From Candidatus Latescibacterota bacterium (GTDB lineage Bacteria; Latescibacterota; UBA2968; SICM01), in the NCBI GenBank assembly GCA_965217865.1, contig CBDCJO010000002.1:1152001-1216000 (forward strand): a stretch of DNA of 64,000 nucleotides, in the 5' to 3' direction. The position numbers were made by a program, and so were the translations under genes. Positions 39,830 to 49,215 of the stretch are shown here, piece by piece. The notes under the pieces are model-generated. The model had not been told where the DNA came from, ran no database searches, and was given only the letters and a program-made list of their open reading frames with translations. Numbering within the stretch: position 1 is the stretch's first letter; every line of letters begins with the position of its first letter.

Positions 39830-40107
39830 TGTCTTGGGTTGCTTTCGAACGTACAAGCTGGGCTTTCCAATCTTCAGGGAGAGGCATGTTGCCAACGGAA
39901 TACCACCCAACTCAAGACCGGCTAACCTATCGAAATCTTTAGGTAGAAGCTTCTCCAATTCGTCAACAATTGCCCTCAAAAGCACAGAGTCACTTTCGAA
40001 TCTATACTTGTCCCAATAACCTCGCTGGTTTTGCCTGACCGTAATTTAAACTCTCCGGTTAGATACGAAGCGGCCTTTATGCCTCTGGCGAGCTGAGCTC
40101 GTTTCAA
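39830..40107 (-). pseudogene. pyrE: Truncated, frameshifted orotate phosphoribosyltransferase fragment
   Basis: LTGEFKLRSGKTSE, a frameshift near 40020, then YWDKYRFES...LAGLELGGIPLAT...YVRKQPK. The PRPP-binding C-half is missing. Confidence 0.8.
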
Positions 40108-40200
40108 TGAAGGTTTCCTGCTCAAGATTGCGTGTAGTTCAGGGGTTGCAGAAGTGGCCTTGCCTCGGGAAAGGAATCAGTGCTTTTAAAATAAGTCAAC

Positions 40201-40839
40201 TTATCGCTGACGGCCATTTGGGTCGGAGCGACCGCCAAATTCATCTTCATAATCTTTTATGGCAGATGCAACTACTTTTTCAGCATGAATCCGGCCATAT
40301 GCATCTCCAATAGAAACTTGGCTTGGTTTTTCTGGATCGAGTTTGTAGGTGAGAAAATAATGATGCATTCTGGACATAAGTGCATCTGGTAGCTCGGAAA
40401 TGTCATCAACTTCAGACCAAAAAGGATCGTTTTCAAGTATGCCAATGATTTTATCATCTGCTTCTCCCGAATCTAACATGGGAAGGCCTCCTACAATTCG
40501 GGCGTTGAGAATAATTTCCGCTCGTGCGATGGGCCTTTCACTTATTACACAAATATCCAGTGGATCTCCATCTCCGCATTTTGCACCTTCCATAAGGTTA
40601 CCTACCGTCTCGCCGCAATATGTGAGAGGAATGAATCCATACAGTGTTGGATGCTGGGAAGATGTTCTATGAGGCCTATCTACCTTTAAATACCCTGTCA
40701 CTTTATCAACTTCATATTTTACCAGGTCAAATGGACAGATTTCTATAAATGCATGGACAACATGGGGCGGGTTGGGACCGATTTCCAGACCGTGCCAAGG
40801 ATGTGGACGCCATCGATAAAAGGGAGGTGGGAAAGTCAT
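40201..40839 (-). CDS. ppa: Soluble inorganic pyrophosphatase (family I)
   Basis: HPWHG, VKYEVDK, YGFIP, DGDPLD and DSGEADDK. Confidence 0.95.
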   Translation of the reverse strand: MTFPPPFYRWRPHPWHGLEIGPNPPHVVHAFIEICPFDLVKYEVDKVTGYLKVDRPHRTSSQHPTLYGFIPLTYCGETVGNLMEGAKCGDGDPLDICVISERPIARAEIILNARIVGGLPMLDSGEADDKIIGILENDPFWSEVDDISELPDALMSRMHHYFLTYKLDPEKPSQVSIGDAYGRIHAEKVVASAIKDYEDEFGGRSDPNGRQR

Positions 40840-41325
40840 TTTTACTCCTTTATGTATTATTGTTGGTACAAAGTTGGAGATGGTAGGGGCTGCCCTTGCT
40901 CCCTTATGTTTTCCCCATCACACAAAAAACAACATGCGCGCTTAACGTTTCTCCGGTTGTTAGGCGCTGTGCACCTTCCAAGTTAGACCAGGAAATCTCT
41001 GCGTCTCTAACGATAATGTCTGATCTTCGGATCGCTGAACTTCGCGGTCGTCCTATGTCACATGTTTGAAACCAACTCCGCCCCTATCGAGGGTGTCAGT
41101 GGCGAGCATATCCTGTCCACCCGTCTCTACCTGAAATGTCTCGTATTCCTTCACAGCTCGCTGTGCTTTAGCACGCATCTATTGACCAAATTATCCAGAG
41201 GACTCTGAATCTTTCCGATATCTCGGGTTGTTACCCTGGTATAGAATTCGGTAGTCCTAATCAGCGCCTTCTCTACCCATCTCCAAACCACCGAGCTCCC
41301 ATCCAATTCTTCGGTAAAAATTTCA

Positions 41326-42966
41326 TCACCAACCTACAGCATAACCGTCCCGTCGAGGGTCGGCGCCCCCGCCGAGGGCCCCGGTCTCCGGGTCCGCCAC
41401 GATCCCCTGCCCCCCACCGACCGCGGCTGACCAATCCGGAAGCAGATTCAGCTCGTGGCCAAGGTTCTTCAGGCCTTCCCGTACGTCTTCTGGGATGCGG
41501 GTTTCGATGTCCACGACGAGCCCCGGACGGGTGGCCTTAACGCGTGGGGCTTCGATCGCGGCCTGGAGATTCAGCCCGTGGTCGATCAAGTTCATCATCA
41601 TCTGCGGGGTGGTGAACAGAATTCCGTAGCTGCCCGGCGTACCGATCACGCAGAAGAGCTTTCCATCCCGCCAGATCTGCGCCGGGGACAAGCACATCTC
41701 GATCTTTTTCGACGGGCCCAGGACGTTGGGGCTCTCAGGCTCCAAATCGAACCAGTGCATAAAGCTGTTCAGGGCAATCCCAGTTCCGTCCACCACCATT
41801 CCTGATCCGAACCCTGTTCCGAGACTCTGTGTCACCGCGACCGCGTTCCCCTCTCCATCGACCACATCAAAATGGGTGGTGCATTCCTTCAATATGGCCC
41901 CCACGTCACCCGTCGCCACCTCCCCCGGAAGTCTGCTGGAAAGCGGGGTATACCGCTCCCCCCCTGTGACCTTCGCCCGCTCGCCGATCGCCTTGGCCCG
42001 TTCCGCCGCGTATGGCGTCGACAGCAATACCTGGGTCGGTGGGTCCGCAAGCGCGGAATAAGCCGCCCGGTCTACCTGAGCCAGCTTGCCGGCTTCGATA
42101 AACAGATGGAGGGACGAGGGGCTATTGTGTCCCAGGGATGCGATGTCGTATCCTTCCAGGATCTTTAGCGTTTCCAGATACTGGATCCCCTCGCAGGGGG
42201 GAGGCGGACAGAAAATCTCGAAGCCTCGATAGGTCGAGGAGATAGGATCTACCCATTGAGGCTCGAACCCTTCGAGGTCGGATTCCGTGATCAACCCTCC
42301 GTTTTTTTCGCAGCAGCCTACAATCGCATCGGCGATTTCTCCGGCGTAGAACGCTTCTGCGCCTCCCTCCACCACCTTGCGAAAAGTGGCGGCCAGGTCC
42401 TTTTGAACGAGAATTTCACCCGGAAGGGGGACTCGGCCCCCGGGCAGATAGGTCGCAACGGACGCCGGGAACGGAGAGAGGCGGGGACTGCACCCCTTAA
42501 AGAATTCGTGGTTCCTGATCGTAAACGGGTATCCGTTCTCCGCGTATTCGATAGCCGGGGCAAAAACGTCTGAGGGTTTCGATCTCCCATACCGGGAGAG
42601 GGCCTCCAACCACCCTCCGCACGCGCCCGGGACGAGGGGGGTCAGGGGTGCAGCGTTTTGCATTTCCGGTTTGTCGAACAACTTGAGCTCAGCGGCCTTC
42701 GGCGAAAGGCCCACATAGTCCAGGACCTTCAACTCGTCCTTCTTCGCGCTGTAGATGATCATATACCCCACACCCCCGATCCCGGACATGTAGGGTTCTG
42801 TCACATTCAACGCTGCGGCGGTGGCAACGGCCGCATCGATTGCATTTCCCCCTTCCATCAGGAGCCGAAGCCCCGCGATTGAAGCAAGGGGATGCGCGGA
42901 AGTCACCATCCCTCGTTTCGCTACGACCATCGGCCGATGGTCGGTACCCTTATCCGAAAGTGCCAT
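41326..42966 (-). CDS. ggt: Gamma-glutamyltransferase
   Basis: GGNAIDAAVA, EPYMSGIGG, TTHFDVVD (autocleavage Thr), FGSG and GGADPRRDG. Confidence 0.95.
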   Translation of the reverse strand: MALSDKGTDHRPMVVAKRGMVTSAHPLASIAGLRLLMEGGNAIDAAVATAAALNVTEPYMSGIGGVGYMIIYSAKKDELKVLDYVGLSPKAAELKLFDKPEMQNAAPLTPLVPGACGGWLEALSRYGRSKPSDVFAPAIEYAENGYPFTIRNHEFFKGCSPRLSPFPASVATYLPGGRVPLPGEILVQKDLAATFRKVVEGGAEAFYAGEIADAIVGCCEKNGGLITESDLEGFEPQWVDPISSTYRGFEIFCPPPPCEGIQYLETLKILEGYDIASLGHNSPSSLHLFIEAGKLAQVDRAAYSALADPPTQVLLSTPYAAERAKAIGERAKVTGGERYTPLSSRLPGEVATGDVGAILKECTTHFDVVDGEGNAVAVTQSLGTGFGSGMVVDGTGIALNSFMHWFDLEPESPNVLGPSKKIEMCLSPAQIWRDGKLFCVIGTPGSYGILFTTPQMMMNLIDHGLNLQAAIEAPRVKATRPGLVVDIETRIPEDVREGLKNLGHELNLLPDWSAAVGGGQGIVADPETGALGGGADPRRDGYAVGW

Positions 42967-43024
42967 TTCGCCTCCGTTGATAGACAGAAGTCGAGTGATA
43001 CCGCGGAAACCTGAACGGAACTAT

Positions 43025-43106
43025 AAGATAAAAGCCGCTCTCGTTCAATGTCAAGGGAAAGAGCGGCTTCCAAAGGCCTTGACACGTGGGGTTGTTCTTG
43101 TAAATT
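43025..43106. promoter_or_regulatory. Divergent sigma70-type promoters for ggt and the serine hydrolase
   Basis: Minus strand TTGACA-N18-TATCTT; plus strand TTGACA-N16-TAAATT at 43079-43106. Confidence 0.45.
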
Positions 43107-43185
43107 GAATCCGTTAAGCTCGAAGCCAGCGAGAGGGAATATGAGTTTCAACCGAACTACCCCTTTCCCCGCACCCAAGAAAGGC

Positions 43186-43270
43186 CGTATCTCGTATCTC
43201 GTGAATCGTATCTCGCAAGATTCCATGTTTATTGTTTTGGCTTTCACGCTTCACGAGATACGCTTCACGT
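43186..43270. repeat. Heptamer repeats forming a 13-bp inverted repeat
   Basis: (CGTATCT)n and (CTTCACG)n. CGTATCTCGTGAA (43193-43205) pairs with TTCACGAGATACG (43250-43262). Confidence 0.75.
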
Positions 43271-43276
43271 TCTTTT

Positions 43277-44107
43277 ATGACAAAAGAGGAACTCTACAGG
43301 AAGATCGTCGAAGTCGGGCTGGAACGGCGAGGCACGTTAGGTGTTGCCGCTTGTCGATTGGATTCCGGCGAGGAGATCTGCTTCCAGGCCGATGGGGAGT
43401 ATCCCGCACCGAGCGTGATCGCGCTTCCGATACTTGTCGCTCTCCACCGGAAGGCTCAAGAAGGAAAACTGAGCCTGGAACAAACGGTGACACCCAAACC
43501 CGAGCACTATATGACGGGCACCGGGGTTCTTAACGACTTAACCCGTGACATCTCTCTCTCTTTAAGAAATCTCGCCACCTTGATGACCATCGTCAGCGAC
43601 AATGTGGCGACCAACCTGATTATCGACCTGGTGGGAATGGCTTACATCAACGAAACCATGCGGGATTACGGGTTGAACCACACATCGGTAAGACAACGAT
43701 TGGACTACGCCAGCAAGGCATGGCCGGATTTCAAACGGGTTGCGACCTCCTCTCCAGCGGACCTCGTCCTGCTCCTCTCAAAGTTGAGTCGCAGCGATAT
43801 TCTCACGCCCGAGGCCTGCGAGGCCGTGATCGGCGCCCTGAAGCAAAATCAGTATCAGGAGATGCTCCCACGCCAACTCCCCCGGGAAAGGCAGCGGGTG
43901 GTGTGGGTTGCTGACGTACCGGGAACCATCTGGTCCGTGAGGGCGGACGCCGGGCTTGTGGCCACTCCAGGCATGACATACGCCGTGGCGATCATCTTAC
44001 ACGGCATCAAGGGGGAACGCCGTGGGGGCCGTATCTTTGCAGACACGGACGGCTCGCACATCGTGGCTCGCCTCTCACGGCTGATCTTCGACTATTTCTC
44101 TCAGTAA
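43277..44107 (+). CDS. Class A beta-lactamase-related serine hydrolase fold with degenerate active site
   Basis: LMTIVSDNVATNLII, SSPADL and ADAGLV. SxxK reads SVIA and KTG reads VPG. Confidence 0.8.
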   Translation: MTKEELYRKIVEVGLERRGTLGVAACRLDSGEEICFQADGEYPAPSVIALPILVALHRKAQEGKLSLEQTVTPKPEHYMTGTGVLNDLTRDISLSLRNLATLMTIVSDNVATNLIIDLVGMAYINETMRDYGLNHTSVRQRLDYASKAWPDFKRVATSSPADLVLLLSKLSRSDILTPEACEAVIGALKQNQYQEMLPRQLPRERQRVVWVADVPGTIWSVRADAGLVATPGMTYAVAIILHGIKGERRGGRIFADTDGSHIVARLSRLIFDYFSQ

Positions 44108-44139
44108 TCCGACCCGTTTTGTGGGTGGAAAGTTTGGAT

Positions 44140-44163
44140 TTTGCATTTTGCATTTTGCATTTC
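44140..44163. repeat. (TTTTGCA)3 heptamer repeat
   Basis: Seen directly; same unit as at about 2353, 13060 and 63700. Confidence 0.8.
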
Positions 44164-44177
44164 CCCATAGGACCCAC

Positions 44178-44997
44178 GTGACCAGGAAATTTTATCCCCT
44201 ATTATTGATGTTATTTCTCGGCTTGAACTTGGGATATATCTCATTTTCCGAAGCCACCGAATGGGAAGTCGCGACCGAACCGATCACAGATATCACATCC
44301 TACACCGGAAACACTCCTCCCATCTGGGGATATCATCAATCCACGATCGTGCGTTCGGGAGAAAAACTGTATGCGGTGATCCTCGAGCCGTGGGGAGAAA
44401 ATCTTCAGCAGCAGTGGAGCCTTTTTGAGCGCTCCGAAGATTCCTGGAAACGAGTCTATTCGAGCCCCAGAGATCAGGAATTGAACCAACCTCCGATGGT
44501 GCTCGTCGATGGCATATAGGCCGGCTGCACGTTTTCGTCTGGCCCGAGGGAGTCTTCAACTACCTCCGTTTCGATCCGGAGGGAAATCTCGAAGAACCTG
44601 CGGTTGAGAAACCGGATACCCCGTACGACGATCTATGGCCTTATGCAGGAAGCGGAATCAATGCCGGAAATGATCTCTTGGGGATTGCGTCTCCTTACCC
44701 CGAGCATCGTTTCGCGTTTCGGGATGCGGGACGTGGAGTGTCGATACCGCCGTTTCCCACGCCCCCCGTCCGGAGTCGCCGTCCTAATGGGGAGGTGCCA
44801 GCATCAGATATTTCCGGGCGGATCCTGAGCCTTTGGAGGGGGATTTTGATAAGGACGGAAAGGTGGATCTATCCGATTTCTTCATGTTTGCGAATGTCTT
44901 CGGGAGTAACGACCCCCTCTATGACCTGAGTAAAAATGGAAAAGTCGACTTTGATGATTTCTTCATTTTCGCGAGTCAATTCGGGTTAAAGAGATAG
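44178..44997 (+). pseudogene. Degraded secreted protein with C-terminal EF-hand/dockerin-like tag
   Basis: Three frames: signal peptide to PPMVLVDGI, then GRLHVFVWPEG..., then LEGDFDKDGKVDLSDFFMFANVFGSNDPLYDLSKNGKVDFDDFFIFASQFGLKR and stop. Confidence 0.75.
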
Positions 44998-45149
44998 GAA
45001 ATAGCTCGCTCCTGGATTGTTACTGAAGTCAAACTGAATTCTCAGGTCCTGAATCATTGCCTTTGGCCCGACGTTTCATTTCTCTCGAAAGAGCCATCCT
45101 TCGATGGATGCCAGGAAGTTAACGGTCGGGTTATCATTCTTCTTCCGAC

Positions 45150-45386
45150 ATTGTAGCAGGCGATCCGCAGAGAGTTCAAAACATCCTGAGCGTAGTCGAA
45201 GGATGCTAGAGCATATAAGGCCTCCCTTTCCTTTACAAGGGAAACGGGAAGGCGAGATCATCTGATGACTTTTCCCAATTAAAGGTCACTTCGCCCTTCC
45301 CTTTAGGGAAGCAACGTCCTGAGCGCTGTCGAAGGAGGGGCGCAGGGGGTTTGACTCCTGATCGAATTTTATAGTCCGTCACTGGT
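45150..45386. repeat. REP-like repeats plus copy 2 of the 35333 element
   Basis: CATCCTGAGCGTAGTCGAAGGATG (45182-45205), then CCCTTCCCTTTAGGGAAG-[GTCCTGAGCGCTGTCGAAGGA]-GGGGCGCAGGGGG...CGAATTTTATAGTCCGTCACTGGTT. Confidence 0.7.
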
Positions 45387-45394
45387 TTTCCGAC

Positions 45395-46168
45395 CTACTT
45401 CCTCAGCCATTTAACGTACGCGATGATGGCCTCCACCTGCTCGTCCGTGATGTGGCCTCTGTAGGCCGGCATTTTGATCGGTTGCCGCTGGAGAAACCAT
45501 CGGGCGATGGGGTTTTGGAGAAGGCGCTTCGGGGCGCCGTCTAGAATCCACTCTCGGAGCTCGGAATCGTTCTCCACCAGATCTGGAAAATCATCCCCGT
45601 CCCAAGCCGGGATATATCCTTTGAAAGCCCAAACATTCGGCATCGTCCCCCGTCCCTGGGGTCCGTGACACGAGAAACAGCCGAGCGTCCACGCCGCCAG
45701 CCTCCCCTCCTCCGCCCGGGAATCCTCTGGAGGCGATTCGAAATCCGATACGGCCTTGAAGAACGCAACCAGGTCTTCCAGATCATCTTCCGATATCATC
45801 CCCCTCCAGCCAGGCATATCGATCACTGCATTTTGACGCGGCCTCATCGCATCGGGATCATTCCGGATGCGTTTTGGAAGTCCGTCCAGGATCCATTCCC
45901 GAATCTCCTCTTCGTCCTCCACGTACTGCATCACGGTGCCGCCGTCGAATCGGGGAACATCACCAAATGCATAGCCAGGATTGGGCCCTCCCCGGATACC
46001 GCCCGGGCCGTGACACGTGAAACAACCCTTTTCCTGGGCGACCACGAAGCCCCGCTGTACTGGGGATACATTCTTCGTCCGCCACCATCGAAACCCGAGC
46101 ATCAAGCAGGCAAAACCGAGTGCAAGAATCCCGATCACAATTAAGATTTTTCGTTTTCTTCGCAACAT
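45395..46168 (-). CDS. Membrane-anchored diheme cytochrome c (internal duplication)
   Basis: N-terminal TM, CFTCH and CFSCH, repeated REWILDG.PKR, and distal Met motifs MPGW / MPAY. Confidence 0.88.
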   Translation of the reverse strand: MLRRKRKILIVIGILALGFACLMLGFRWWRTKNVSPVQRGFVVAQEKGCFTCHGPGGIRGGPNPGYAFGDVPRFDGGTVMQYVEDEEEIREWILDGLPKRIRNDPDAMRPRQNAVIDMPGWRGMISEDDLEDLVAFFKAVSDFESPPEDSRAEEGRLAAWTLGCFSCHGPQGRGTMPNVWAFKGYIPAWDGDDFPDLVENDSELREWILDGAPKRLLQNPIARWFLQRQPIKMPAYRGHITDEQVEAIIAYVKWLRK

Positions 46169-46258
46169 CTCTCCTCCAGACTCCGGCTCCTGCTATATAA
46201 AATGCCGCGGGCTTTTCCTTTGGCCCTTCACCTCAAATTTGTTATGATCTCCAGCCTC

Positions 46259-49111
46259 TTAAGGCGACCGAAGCGGTGATTGCCAAGCCTCTTTCAATTC
46301 GGAGACATCGGCCGAAACCACCCTTCGACCATCCACCCCCTTGACATTCAACTGCCTTCCCTCCCCGACCTCTCCGATCAGTCCGCACGCAACCCCCGCC
46401 ATCGCCCTTTCGAAAGCCGTTTGGTGTTCCGGGGCAACCTCAATGACAAACCTGGTGTTCGACTCCGAGAAAAGGACAAGATCGCTGCGGGAGATGTCAT
46501 CACTTACGGGGACAACGCCAAGGTCAACCTCTGCCCCGAGCCCACCCGCGAAGGCCATCTCCGACAGGGCAACGCCGATCCCCCCCTCGCTGCAGTCGTG
46601 ACAGGCCCGTACCGTTCCCTCAAGTATCGCTCGGTGAACCGAATCCATCACCCGCTTGCCGGTGACCGGTTCCACCTGCGGAACGACAGCCCCCCGTGCC
46701 CCGCGAACCATATAATAGTGCGACCCCCCCAGCTCATTCTTCGTCAGCCCGACGATATAGATGAGGTCGCCGGGGGCCTTCAGATCCATCGATACGACTT
46801 TCTCCACATCCTCGATGATCCCGATGGCAGATATAAGCAGGGTGGGGGGAATCGGGATGCTTTTTCCGTCAACCACATATTCGTTGTTGAGACTGTCCTT
46901 TCCCGAGATAAAAGGGGTCTCGTAGCCTATGGCGACGTCGTAGCATGCCTTCGCCGCGCGAACCAGCCCCCCCAGCCGATCCGGTTCATCTGGGTCCCCC
47001 CAACAGAAGTTGTCCAGCAGGGCCGTGCGTTTCCGGCTTCCCCCGACCGCAACGATCTGTCGAATCGCCTCGTCGATCGCTGAGGCAGCCATGTGATAGG
47101 GATCGAATTTCCCGTATTCCGGGTTGATACCGTTCGAAATCGCGATCCCGCGTTTCGACCCGAGCACGGGCTGGATCACCGCAGCATCCCCCGGACCGTC
47201 GTTGTTCGCCCCGACAAGAGGTTTGAGAACACTCCCCCCCTGCACCTCGTGGTCGTACTGACGAATCACCCATTCCTTGCTGCAGACGTTGGGAGATCCC
47301 AGGATGGCGATCAAGTCGGTTGTCAGGTCGTCCGGCTCCTCGAAATCGGAATCCCGAGAGGACGGCGGACGCCAGGTCGCCTTCCGTTCAACGCGGGGAA
47401 GGCCTTTATAGAGAAACGCCATGTCCAATTCCCCCACGAGGTTATCCCGGTAAAACAGACGAAGCGTCCTATCGCTCGTGAATCTCCCGATGGCGGTCGC
47501 CTCGACGTTCTCGGACCGGAAAAGGGAGATCAATGACGCGAGGTGTTCCGAGGGGACGGCCAGGACCATCCTCTCCTGTGCTTCGGATATCCAGCATTCG
47601 GTGTAAGATAGGCCGCGGTATTTAAGGGGCACCTTTTCAAGCTCAACGACGACACCGATCTCCTGCCCCATTTCCCCTACGGCCGACGAAAGCCCGCCTG
47701 CCCCGCAGTCCGTGATAGCCGTGTAGAGACCCCTGTCCCGGGCTTTGATCAGGACGTCCTGCATCTTTTTCTCGGTGATGGCATTACCGATCTGGACGGC
47801 CCCTCCGGATGACGTCTCGGATCGGTCGGTCAGGGCATCCGACGAAAACGTGGCCCCGTGAATCCCGTCCCGTCCCGTGCCTCCCCCAACAACGACCACC
47901 ATATCCCCCGGACACGCCGCTTTTTGGCTCATCCCCTTCGGCATCAAACCCACATCCCCACAGTAGACGAGGGGATTTCCGATATAGCCCTCGTCGAAGC
48001 ATATCGCACCGTTGAGGGTCGGGATCCCCATCCGGTTGCCGTAATCGCGCACCCCTGAAACCACGCCTTTAAAGAGGCGTTTGGGATGGAGGCATCCCTT
48101 GGGCAGCTTTTCATTCGGCCAGTCGAGCGGTCCGAAACAGAACACGTCGGTATTGGCGATCGGTTTGGCACCCAACCCCGTCCCCAGTATGTCCCGGATG
48201 ACCCCCCCCACGCCCGTTCCCGCCCCCCCGTAGGGTTCCAGGGCGGAGGGGTGATTGTGCGTCTCGACTTTGAAGCAGATGTCGAATGCGTCATCGAATT
48301 CGATCACGCCAGCGTTATCCGAAAATACCGACACGCACCAGGGAGCGTTCAACTCCTTTGTCGCCCGAATCACGGTGGAGCGGAGGAGATTGTCGATGAC
48401 TTCCCCTTCATATTCAATAAGACCTTTGAAAGTCTTGTGGACGCAGTGCTCCGACCACGTCTGTGCAAGCGTCTCCAGTTCCACGTCCGTCGGATCCCCC
48501 CCGAGTCTTCGATAGTGGTCCCGAATGGCCCGCATCTCTTCGAGGTTGAGGGAGAGCTGTCCCTCCCTGCTGATTCTTTTGAGGGTGTCATCGTCGGCTT
48601 CTCGGATCGGGACCCTGATGATCTGCAGTTCATATTCAACCCCCGGCACGGCGGGTTCGCCTCCCCCGAGGACGACGTGCTGGATGACACTGTTCGCCAG
48701 CAGGCTTTCGGACAGTGTCTGAATCTCTTCCTTCGTGAAATCTCCCCGGATGTCATACTGTTTGGCCGTACGGACCGATGTCGTGATTTCGATTCCAAGA
48801 TCCTGAATGCCCTTCCGGACGCTGGCCTCGACGGGATCCATGACGCCGGGATTATAGGCCACCTCGACCACTTGACTATGATCATCGGGCGCGGGTCCGA
48901 TCCGGTAGACCTGAGTCAGCGGATCCGCGAGGAGATCCCCGGCGATCTTTTCAGCTTCCGCCAGGGACAGATCCCCCTCGATGTAGTAGACATCCGAAAC
49001 CGATACGGAGGTCACTCCGCCCACCCCCAAATCCAGGATTCCCCGCGTGACGGCATCGCCTGCAACGTCAGGGACGCCGGGCTTCAGATGGATCTCGATT
49101 CGAAAGGACAT
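46259..49111 (-). CDS. purL: Phosphoribosylformylglycinamidine synthase PurL with N-terminal PurS-like domains
   Basis: QTWSEHCVHKTF, KVETHNHPSA, GRDGIHGATFSS, DCGAGG, SEAQERM and ISGKDSLNN. Start set at ATG 49111. Confidence 0.96.
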   Translation of the reverse strand: MSFRIEIHLKPGVPDVAGDAVTRGILDLGVGGVTSVSVSDVYYIEGDLSLAEAEKIAGDLLADPLTQVYRIGPAPDDHSQVVEVAYNPGVMDPVEASVRKGIQDLGIEITTSVRTAKQYDIRGDFTKEEIQTLSESLLANSVIQHVVLGGGEPAVPGVEYELQIIRVPIREADDDTLKRISREGQLSLNLEEMRAIRDHYRRLGGDPTDVELETLAQTWSEHCVHKTFKGLIEYEGEVIDNLLRSTVIRATKELNAPWCVSVFSDNAGVIEFDDAFDICFKVETHNHPSALEPYGGAGTGVGGVIRDILGTGLGAKPIANTDVFCFGPLDWPNEKLPKGCLHPKRLFKGVVSGVRDYGNRMGIPTLNGAICFDEGYIGNPLVYCGDVGLMPKGMSQKAACPGDMVVVVGGGTGRDGIHGATFSSDALTDRSETSSGGAVQIGNAITEKKMQDVLIKARDRGLYTAITDCGAGGLSSAVGEMGQEIGVVVELEKVPLKYRGLSYTECWISEAQERMVLAVPSEHLASLISLFRSENVEATAIGRFTSDRTLRLFYRDNLVGELDMAFLYKGLPRVERKATWRPPSSRDSDFEEPDDLTTDLIAILGSPNVCSKEWVIRQYDHEVQGGSVLKPLVGANNDGPGDAAVIQPVLGSKRGIAISNGINPEYGKFDPYHMAASAIDEAIRQIVAVGGSRKRTALLDNFCWGDPDEPDRLGGLVRAAKACYDVAIGYETPFISGKDSLNNEYVVDGKSIPIPPTLLISAIGIIEDVEKVVSMDLKAPGDLIYIVGLTKNELGGSHYYMVRGARGAVVPQVEPVTGKRVMDSVHRAILEGTVRACHDCSEGGIGVALSEMAFAGGLGAEVDLGVVPVSDDISRSDLVLFSESNTRFVIEVAPEHQTAFERAMAGVACGLIGEVGEGRQLNVKGVDGRRVVSADVSELKEAWQSPLRSP

Positions 49112-49215
49112 GGGGATCCTCGTGACGAAAAGATCGGGATTGGCCGAGGAGAGAAAAAACAGATGCGATAAACTGGAACGTTTGGCAAGGGTGAGATATC
49201 TTCCGATGCTTCTCA

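Noticed and set aside
39323-39985. 220 aa PyrE-NUDIX fusion protein
   Set aside because: The PyrE part is frameshifted upstream and lacks its PRPP-binding half, and NUDIX has its own start at 39772. Most likely an incidental in-frame junction.
43277-44107. Antibiotic resistance beta-lactamase
   Set aside because: Both catalytic lysines and a signal peptide are missing.
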